Source: Auanema rhodensis (lineage: Eukaryota > Animalia > Nematoda). Taken from it: a DNA stretch of 64,000 nt. The first letter of the stretch is position 1. The number at the start of each line of letters is the position of its first letter. Under the pieces are notes generated by a model, which saw only the letters and a program-made list of their open reading frames with translations, did no database searches and had not been told where the DNA came from. Location of the stretch: positions 22,692,001 through 22,756,000 of the forward strand of contig OZ059896.1 in NCBI GenBank assembly GCA_964057225.1, read 5' to 3'. A program made the position numbers and the translations under genes. This document shows, piece by piece, positions 53,501-64,000 of this stretch.

Positions 53501-56500
53501 TTAAATGTACACGTGATGTGCACTTGGTATGTAACTCGCTTCACGTGAAAGATAAAGAGATGCGGTTTTCAAAATTAGATTCCCCATGTCCATATTAGTC
53601 TAAAAACAAATTTTTATTGATATTGGTTCATGGTAACCATGTTTTTGAAATTTACGTGAACTTTAATTTATGCTAATTAAATGTACACGTGATGTGCACT
53701 TGGTATGTAACTCGCTTCACGTGAAAGATAAAGAGATGCGGTTTTCAAAATTAGATTCCCCATGTCCATATTAGTCTAAAAACAAATTTCTATTGATATT
53801 GGTTTATGGTAACCATGTCTTTGAAATTTACGTGAACTTTAATTTATGCTAATTAAATGTACACGTGATGTGCACTTGGTATGTAACTCGCTTCACGTGA
53901 AAAATAAAAAGATGCGGTTTTCAAAATTAGATTCCCCATGTCCATATTAGTCTAAAAACAAATTTTTATTAATATTGGTTCATGGTAACCATGTCTTTGA
54001 AATTTACGTGAACTTTAATTTATGCTAATTAAATGTACACGTGATGTGCACTTGGTATGTAACTCGCTTCACGTGAAAGATAAAAAGATGCAGTTTTCAA
54101 AATTAGATTCCCCATGTCCATATTAGTCTAAAAACAAATTTTTATTGATATTGGTTCATGGTAACCATGTCTTTGAAATTTACGTGAACTTTAATTTATG
54201 CTAATTAAATCTACACGTGATGTGCACTTGGTATGTAACTCGCTTCACGTGAAAAATAAAGAGATGCGGTTTCCAAAATTAGATTCCCCATGTCCATATT
54301 AGTCTAAAAACAAATTTTTATTAATATTGGTTCATGGTAACCATGACTTTGAAATTTACGTGAACTTTAATTTATGCTAATTAAATGTACACGTGATGTG
54401 CACTTGGTATGTAACTCGCTTCACGTGAAAGATAAAGAGATGCGGTTTTCAAAATTAGATTCCCCATGTCCATATTAGTCTAAAAACAAATTTTTATTAA
54501 TATTGGTTCATGGTAACCATGTCTTTGAAATTTACGTGAACTTTAATTTATGCTAATTAAATGTACACGTGATGTGCACTTGGTATGTAACTCGCTTCAC
54601 GTGAAAGATAAAGAGATGCGGTTTTCAAAATTAGATTCCCCATGTCCATATTAGTCTAAAAACAAATTTTTATTAATATTGGTTCATGGTAACCATGTCT
54701 TTGAAATTTACGTGAACTTTAATTTATGCTAATTAAATGTACACGTGATGTGCTCTTGGTATGTAACTCGCTTCACGTGAAAAATAAAAAGATGCGGTTT
54801 TCAAAATTAGATTCCCCATGTCCATATTAGTCTAAAAACAAATTTTTATTGATATTGGTTCATGGTAACCATGTCTTTGAAATTTACGTGAACTTTAATT
54901 TATGCTAATTAAATCTACACGTGATGTGCACTTGGTATGTAACTCGCTTCACGTGAAAAATAAAAAGATGCGGTTTTCAAAATTAGATTCCCCATGTCCA
55001 TATTAGTCTAAAAACAAATTTTTATTAATATTGGTTCATGGTAACCATGACTTTGAAATTTACGTGAACTTTAATTTATGCTAATTAAATGTACACGTGA
55101 TGTGCACTTGGTATGTAACTCGCTTCACGTGAAAGATAAAGAGATGCGGTTTTCAAAATTAGATTCCCCATGTCCATATTAGTCTAAAAACAAATTTTTA
55201 TTGATATTGGTTCATGGTAACCATGACTTTGAAATTTACGTGAACTTTAATTTATGCTAATTAAATGTACACGTGATGTGCACTTGGTATGTAACTCGCT
55301 TCACGTGAAAGATAAAGAGATGCGGTTTTCAAAATTAGATTCCCCATGTCCATATTAGTCTAAAAACAAATTTTTATTGATATTGGTTCATGGTAACCAT
55401 GACTTTGAAATTTACGTGAACTTTAATTTATGCTAATTAAATGTACACGTGATGTGCACTTGGTATGTAACTCGCTTCACGTGAAAGATAAAGAGATGCG
55501 GTTTTTAAAATTAGATTCCCCATGTCCATATTAGTCTAAAAACAAATTTTTATTAATATTGGTTCATGGTAACCATGTCTTTGAAATTTACGTGAACTTT
55601 AATTTATGCTAATTAAATGTACACGTGATGTGCTCTTGGTATGTAACTCGCTTCACGTGAAAGATAAAGAGATGCGGTTTTCAAAATTAGATTCCCCATG
55701 TCCATTTTAGTCTAAAAACAAATTTTTATTGATATTGGTTTATGGTAACCATATCTTTGAAATTTACGTGAACTTTAATTTATGCTAATTAAATGTACAC
55801 GTGATGTGCACTTGGTATGTAACTCGCTTCACGTGAAAGATAAAGAGATGCGGTTTTCAAAATTAGATTCCCCATGTCCATATTAGTCTAAAAACAAATT
55901 TTTATTGATATTGGTTCATGGTAACCATGTTTTTGAAATTTACGTGAACTTTAATTTATGCTAATTAAATGTACACGTGATGTGCACTTGGTATGTAACT
56001 CGCTTCACGTGAAAAATAAAGAGATGCGGTTTTCAAAATTAGATTCCCCATGTCCATATTAGTCTAAAAACAAATTTTTATTGATATTGGTTCATGGTAA
56101 CCATGACTTTGAAATTTACGTGAACTTTAATTTATGCTAATTAAATGTACACGTGATGTGCACTTGGTATGTAACTCGCTTCACGTGAAAGATAAAGAGA
56201 TGCGGTTTTCAAAATTAGATTCCCCATGTCCATATTAGTCTAAAAACAAATTTCTATTGATATTGGTTTATGGTAACCATGTCTTTGAAATTTACGTGAA
56301 CTTTAATTTATGCTAATTAAATGTACACGTGATGTGCACTTGGTATGTAACTCGCTTCACGTGAAAAATAAAAAGATGCGGTTTTCAAAATTAGATTCCC
56401 CATGTCCATATTAGTCTAAAAACAAATTTTTATTAATATTGGTTCATGGTAACCATGTCTTTGAAATTTACGTGAACTTTAATTTATGCTAATTAAATGT

Positions 56501-57000
56501 ACACGTGATGTGCACTTGGTATGTAACTCGCTTCACGTGAAAGATAAAAAGATGCAGTTTTCAAAATTAGATTCCCCATGTCCATATTAGTCTAAAAACA
56601 AATTTTTATTGATATTGGTTCATGGTAACCATGTCTTTGAAATTTACGTGAACTTTAATTTATGCTAATTAAATCTACACGTGATGTGCACTTGGTATGT
56701 AACTCGCTTCACGTGAAAAATAAAGAGATGCGGTTTCCAAAATTAGATTCCCCATGTCCATATTAGTCTAAAAACAAATTTTTATTAATATTGGTTCATG
56801 GTAACCATGACTTTGAAATTTACGTGAACTTTAATTTATGCTAATTAAATGTACACGTGATGTGCACTTGGTATGTAACTCGCTTCACGTGAAAGATAAA
56901 GAGATGCGGTTTTCAAAATTAGATTCCCCATGTCCATATTAGTCTAAAAACAAATTTTTATTAATATTGGTTCATGGTAACCATGACTTTGAAATTTACG
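50502..57000. repeat. 13/14-monomer block duplications in distal array B
   Basis: The GGTTTCC allele occurs at 51105, 51809, 54273 and 56737 (spacings 704, 2464, 2464). TGCTCT with AAAATAAAAAG at 52466/54754 and ATGTTTTTG at 53639/55927 are 2288 bp (13x176) apart. Confidence 0.85.
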
Positions 57001-60000
57001 TGAACTTTAATTTATGCTAATTAAATCTACACGTGATGTGCACTTGGTATGTAACTCGCTTCACGTGAAAGATAAAGAGATGCGGTTTTCAAAATTAGAT
57101 TCCCCATGTCCATATTAGTCTAAAAACAAATTTTTATTAATATTGGTTCATGGTAACCATGACTTTGAAATTTACGTGAACTTTAATTTATGCTAATTAA
57201 ATGTACACGTGATGTGCACTTGGTATGTAACTCGCTTCACGTGAAAGATAAAGAGATGCGGTTTTTAAAATTAGATTCCCCATGTCCATATTAGTCTAAA
57301 AACAAATTTCTATTGATATTGGTTTATGGTAACCATATCTTTGAAATTTACGTGAACTTTAATTTATGCTAATTAAATGTACACGTGATGTGCACTTGGT
57401 ATGTAACTCGCTTCACGTGAAAGATAAAGAGATGCGGTTTTCAAAATTAGATTCCCCATGTCCATATTAGTCTAAAAACAAATTTTTATTGATATTGGTT
57501 CATGGTAACCATGTCTTTGAAATTTACGTGAACTTTAATTTATGCTAATTAAATGTACACGTGATGTGCACTTGGTATGTAACTCGCTTCACGTGAAAGA
57601 TAAAAAGATGCAGTTTTCAAAATTAGATTCCCCATGTCCATATTAGTCTAAAAACAAATTTTTATTGATATTGGTTCATGGTAACCATGTCTTTGAAATT
57701 TACGTGAACTTTAATTTATGCTAATTAAATCTACACGTGATGTGCACTTGGTATGTAACTCGCTTCACGTGAAAAATAAAGAGATGCGGTTTTCAAAATT
57801 AGATTCCCCATGTCCATATTAGTCTAAAAACAAATTTTTATTAATATTGGTTCATGGTAACCATGACTTTGAAATTTACGTGAACTTTAATTTATGCTAA
57901 TTAAATCTACACGTGATGTGCACTTGGTATGTAACTCGCTTCACGTGAAAAATAAAGAGATGCGGTTTTCAAAATTAGATTCCCCATGTCCATATTAGTC
58001 TAAAAACAAATTTTTATTAATATTGGTTCATGGTAACCATGACTTTGAAATTTACGTGAACTTTAATTTATGCTAATTAAATGTACACGTGATGTGCACT
58101 TGGTATGTAACTCGCTTCACGTGAAAGATAAAGAGATGTGGTTTTCAAAATTAGATTCCCCATGTCCATATTAGTCTAAAAACAAATTTTTATTAATATT
58201 GGTTCATGGTAACCATGACTTTGAAATTTACGTGAACTTTAATTTATGCTAATTAAATGTACACGTGATGTGCACTTGGTATGTAACTCGCTTCACGTGG
58301 AAGATAAAAAGATACAGTTTTCAAAATTAGATTCCCCATGTCCATATTAGTCTAAAAACAAATTTTTATTGATATTGGTTCATGGTAACCATGACTTTGA
58401 AATTTACGTGAACTTTAATTTATGCTAATTAAATGTACACGTGATGTGCACTTGGTATGTAACTCGCTTCACGTGAAAGATAAAGAGATGCGGTTTTCAA
58501 AAGTAGATTCCCCATGTCCATATTAGTCTAAAAACAAATTTTTATTGATATTGGTGCATGGTAACCATGACTTTGAAATTTACGTGAACTTTAATTTATG
58601 CTAATTAAATGTACACGTGATGTGCACTTGGTATGTAACTCGCTTCACGTGAAAGATAAAGAGATGCGGTTTTCAAAATTAGATTCCCCATGTCCATATT
58701 AGTCTAGAAACAAATTTCTATTGATATTGGTTCATGGTAACCATATCTTTGAAATTTACGTGAACTTTAATTTATGCTAATTAAATGTACACGTGATGTG
58801 CACTTGGTATGTAACTCGCTTCACGTGAAAGATAAAGAGATGCGGTTTTCAAAATTAGATTCCCCATGTCCATATTAGTCTAGAAACAAATTTCTATTGA
58901 TATTGGTTTATGGTAACCATATCTTTGAAATTTACGTGAACTTTAATTTATGCTAATTAAATGTACACGTGATGTGCACTTGGTATGTAACTCGCTTCAC
59001 GTGAAAGATAAAAAGATGCAGTTTTCAAAATTAGATTCCCCATGTCCATATTAGTCTAAAAACAAATTTTTATTGATATTGGTTCATGGTAACCATGACT
59101 TTGAAATTTACGTGAACTTTAATTTATGCTAATTAAATGTACACGTGATGTGCACTTGGTATGTAACTCGCTTGAAAGATAAAGAGATGCGGTTTTCAAA
59201 ATTAGATTCCCCATGTCCATATTAGTCTAAAAACAAATTTTTATTGATATTGGTTCATGGTAACCATGACTTTGAAATTTACGTGAACTTTAATTTATGC
59301 TAATTAAATTTACACGTGATGTGCACTTGGTATGTAACTCGCTTCACGTGAAAGATAAAGAGATGCGGTTTTCAAAATTAGATTCCCCATGTCCATATTA
59401 GTCTAAAAACAAATTTTTATTGATATTGGTTCATGGTAACCATGACTTTGAAATTTACGTGAACTTTAATTTATGCTAATTAAATGTACACGTGATGTGC
59501 ACTTGGTATGTAACTCGCTTCACGTGAAAGATAAAGAGATGCGGTTTTCAAAATTAGATTCCCCATGTCCATATTAGTCTAAAAACAAATTTTTATTAAT
59601 ATTGGTTCATGGTAACCATGTCTTTGAAATTTACGTGATCTTTAATTTATGCTAATTAAATGTACACGTGATGTGCACTTGGTATGTAACTCGCTTCACG
59701 TGAAAGATAAAGAGATGCGGTTTTCAAAATTAGATTTCCCATGTCCATATTAGTCTAGAAACAAATTTCTATTGATATTGGTTTATGGTAACCATATCTT
59801 TGAAATTTACGTGAACTTTAATTTATGCTAATTAAATGTACACGTGATGTGCACTTGGTATGTAACTCGCTTCACGTGAAAGATAAAGAGATGCGGTTTT
59901 CAAAATTAGATTCCCCATGTCCATATTAGTCTAGAAACAAATTTCTATTGATATTGGTTTATGGTAACCATATCTTTGAAATTTACGTGAACTTTAATTT

Positions 60001-63000
60001 ATGCTAATTAAATGTACACGTGATGTGCACTTGGTATGTAACTCGCTTCACGTAAAAGATAAAAAGATGCAGTTTTCAAAATTAGATTCCCCATGTCCAT
60101 ATTAGTCTAAAAACAAATTTTTATTGATATTGGTTCATGGTAACCATGACTTTGAAATTTACGTGATCTTTAATTTATGCTAATTAAATGTACACGTGAT
60201 GTGCACTTGGTATGTAACTCGCTTCACGTGAAAGATAAAGAGATGCGGTTTTCAAAATTAGATTCCCCATGTCCATATTAGTCTAGAAACAAATTTCTAT
60301 TGATATTGGTTTATGGTAACCATATCTTTGAAATTTACGTGAACTTTAATTTATGCTAATTAAATGTACACGTGATGTGCACTTGGTATGTAACTCGCTT
60401 CACGTGAAAGATAAAGAGATGCGGTTTTCAAAATTAGATTCCCCATGTCCATATTAGTCTAGAAACAAATTTCTATTGATATTGGTTTATGGTAACCATT
60501 TCTTTGAAATTTACGTGAACTTTAATTTATGCTAATTAAATGTACACGTGATGTGCACTTGGTATGTAACTCGCTTCACGTGAAAGATAAAAAGATGCAG
60601 TTTTCAAAATTAGATTCCCCATGTCCATATTAGTCTAAAAACAAATTTTTATTGATATTGGTTCATGGTAACCATGACTTTGAAATTTACGTGAACTTTA
60701 ATTTATGCTAATTAAATGTACACGTGATGTGCACTTGGTATGTAACTCGCTTCACGTGAAAGATAAAGAGATGCGGTTTTCAAAAGTAGATTCCCCATGT
60801 CCATATTAGTCTAAAAACAAATTTTTATTGATATTGGTGCATGGTAACCATGACTTTGAAATTTACGTGAACTTTAATTTATGCTAATTAAATGTACACG
60901 TGATGTGCACTTGGTATGTAACTCGCTTCACGTGAAAGATAAAGAGATGCGGTTTTCAAAATTAGATTCCCCATGTCCATATTAGTCTAGAAACAAATTT
61001 CTATTGATATTGGTTTATGGTAACCATATCTTTGAAATTTACGTGAACTTTAATTTATGCTAATTAAATGTACACGTGATGTGCACTTGGTATGTAACTC
61101 GCTTCACGTGAAAGATAAAGAGATGCGGTTTTCAAAATTAGATTCCCCATGTCCATATTAGTCTAAAAACAAATTTTTATTGATATTGGTTGATGGTAAC
61201 CATGTCTTTGAAATTTACGTGAACTTTAATTTATGCTAATTAAATGTACACGTGATGTGCACTTGGTATGTAACTCGCTTCACGTGAAAGATAAAGAGAT
61301 GCGGTTTTCAAAAGTAGATTCCCCATGTCCATATTAGTCTAAAAACAAATTTTTATTGATATTGGTGCATGGTAACCATGACTTTGAAATTTACGTGAAC
61401 TTTAATTTATGCTAATTAAATGTACACGTGATGTGCACTTGGTATGTAACTCGCTTCACGTGAAAGATAAAGAGATGCGGTTTTCAAAATTAGATTCCCC
61501 ATGTCCATATTAGTCTAGAAACAAATTTCTATTGATATTGGTTTATGGTAACCATATCTTTGAAATTTACGTGAACTTTAATTTATGCTAATTAAATGTA
61601 CACGTGATGTGCACTTGGTATGTAACTCGCTTCACGTGAAAGATAAAGAGATGCGGTTTTCAAAATTAGATTCCCCATGTCCATATTAGTCTAAAAACAA
61701 ATTTTTATTGATATTGGTTCATGGTAACCATGTCTTTGAAATTTACGTGAACTTTAATTTATGCTAATTAAATGTACACGTGATGTGCACTTGGTATGTA
61801 ACTCGCTTCACGTGAAAAATAAAGAGATGCGCTTTTCAAAATTAGATTCCCCATGTCCATATTAGTCTAAAAACAAATTTTTATTAATATTGGTTCATGG
61901 TAACCATGTCTTTGAAATTTACGTGAACTTTAATTTATGCTAATTAAATGTACACGTGATGTGCACTTGGTATGTAACTCGCTTGAAAGATAAAGAGATG
62001 CGGTTTTCAAAATTAGATTCCCCATGTCCATATTAGTCTAAAAACAAATTTTTATTGATATTGGTTCATGGTAACCATGACTTTGAAATTTACGTGAACT
62101 TTAATTTATGCTAATTAAATGTACACGTGATGTGCACTTGGTATGTAACTCGCTTCACGTGAAAGATAAAGAGATGCGGTTTTCAAAATTAGATTCCCCA
62201 TGTCCATATTAGTCTAAAAACAAAATTTTATTGATATTGGTTCATGGTAACCATGACTTTGAAATTTACGTGAACTTTAATTTATGCTAATTAAATGTAC
62301 ACGTGATGTGCACTTGGTATGTAACTCGCTTCACGTGAAAGATAAAGAGATGCGGTTTTCAAAATTAGATTCCCCATGTCCATATTAGTCTAAAAACAAA
62401 TTTCTATTGATATTGGTTTATGGTAACCATGTCTTTGAAATTTACGTGAACTTTAATTTATGCTAATTAAATGTTCACGTGATGTGCACTTGGTATGTAA
62501 CTCGCTTCACGTGAAAGATAAAGAGATGCGGTTTTCAAAATTAGATTCCCCATGTCCATATTAGTCTAAAAACAAATTTTTATTAATATTGGTTCATGGT
62601 AACCATGTCTTTGAAATTTACGTGAACTTTAATTTATGCTAATTAAATGTACACGTGATGTGCACTTGGTATGTAACTCGCTTCACGTGAAAGATAAAAA
62701 GATGCAGTTTTCAAAATTAGATTCCCCATGTCCATATTAGTCTAAAAACAAATTTTTATTGATATTGGTTCATGGTAACCATGTCTTTGAAATTTACGTG
62801 AACTTTAATTTATGCTAATTAAATCTACACGTGATGTGCACTTGGTATGTAACTCGCTTCACGTGAAAAATAAAAAGATGCGGTTTTCAAAATTAGATTC
62901 CCCATGTCCATATTAGTCTAAAAACAAATTTTTATTAATATTGGTTCATGGTAACCATGACTTTGAAATTTACGTGAACTTTAATTTATGCTAATTAAAT

Positions 63001-64000
63001 GTACACGTGATGTGCACTTGGTTTGTAACTCGCTTCACGTGAAAGATAAAGAGATGCGGTTTTCAAAATTAGATTCCCCATGTCCATATTAGTCTAAAAA
63101 CAAATTTTTATTGATATTGGTTCATGGTAACCATGACTTTGAAATTTACGTGAACTTTAATTTATGCTAATTAAATGTACACGTGATGTGCACTTGGTAT
63201 GTAACTCGCTTCACGTGAAAGATAAAGAGATGCGGTTTTCAAAATTAGATTCCCCATGTCCATATTAGTCTAAAAACAAATTTTTATTGATATTGGTTCA
63301 TGGTAACCATGACTTTGAAATTTACGTGAACTTTAATTTATGCTAATTAAATGTACACGTGATGTGCACTTGGTATGTAACTCGCTTCACGTGAAAGATA
63401 AAGAGATGCGGTTTTTAAAATTAGATTCCCCATGTCCATATTAGTCTAAAAACAAATTTTTATTAATATTGGTTCATGGTAACCATGTCTTTGAAATTTA
63501 CGTGAACTTTAATTTATGCTAATTAAATGTACACGTGATGTGCACTTGGTATGTAACTCGCTTCACGTGAAAGATAAAGAGATGCGGTTTTCAAAATTAG
63601 ATTCCCCATGTCCATATTAGTCTAAAAACAAATTTTTATTGATATTGGTTCATGGTAACCATGTTTTTGAAATTTACGTGAACTTTAATTTATGCTAATT
63701 AAATGTACACGTGATGTGCACTTGGTATGTAACTCGCTTCACGTGAAAAATAAAGAGATGCGGTTTTCAAAATTAGATTCCCCATGTCCATATTAGTCTA
63801 AAAACAAATTTTTATTGATATTGGTTCATGGTAACCATGACTTTGAAATTTACGTGAACTTTAATTTATGCTAATTAAATGTACACGTGATGTGCACTTG
63901 GTATGTAACTCGCTTCACGTGAAAGATAAAGAGATGCGGTTTTCAAAATTAGATTCCCCATGTCCATATTAGTCTAAAAACAAATTTCTATTGATATTGG

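Larger units (their letters stand above)
25705..64000. repeat. Satellite array B: 176-bp AT-rich monomer, 217 full copies plus a partial copy, all in one orientation
   Basis: ATGCTAATTAAATGTACACGTG recurs at 25708, 25884 and onward to 63868. The span of 38160 bp plus 32 bp of observed deletions (1+1+1+19+5+5) equals 217x176. The array extends beyond the right window edge. Confidence 0.99.

Noticed and set aside
25705-64000. CRISPR array or other repeat-spacer system
   Set aside because: There are no unique spacers, whole monomers repeat, and no cas genes are present.
25705-64000. Identity with known 170-180-bp satellites (honey bee AluI, Brassica CentBr, Arabidopsis CEN178, primate alpha)
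   Set aside because: Only the length is similar. The consensus has no AGCT/AAGCTT site and no recognisable CENP-B box, and I do not recognise the sequence. A database search is needed.
1-64000. Tandem 5S rRNA, tRNA, snRNA or spliced-leader gene clusters, or telomeric repeats
   Set aside because: No recognisable conserved RNA gene motifs or short telomeric repeats were seen on either strand.

Overview
The window is entirely non-coding, AT-rich tandem satellite DNA, most likely eukaryotic (peri)centromeric heterochromatin. Two arrays meet at one sharp junction at 25705-25706. Array A (1-25706) has 73 head-to-tail 351-bp monomers plus an 83-bp truncated unit. Array B (25705-64000) has 217 head-to-tail 176-bp monomers plus a 133-bp partial unit at the window edge. 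I saw no inversions, transposon insertions, genes, RNA genes or CRISPR spacers; all listed ORFs are by-products of satellite variants that remove a stop codon. Both monomers are rich in dyad symmetries, and both arrays show local variant domains and nested block duplications (2- to 18-monomer spacings). The most unusual signal is that variants repeatedly preserve or perfect the palindromes: two compensatory base-pair swaps in the 176-bp satellite, and several multi-nucleotide substitutions that look templated by a nearby inverted or direct repeat. The A/B breakpoint itself lies inside a perfect hairpin. I cannot identify the organism or satellite family from the sequence alone, and all counts and alignments were done by eye.
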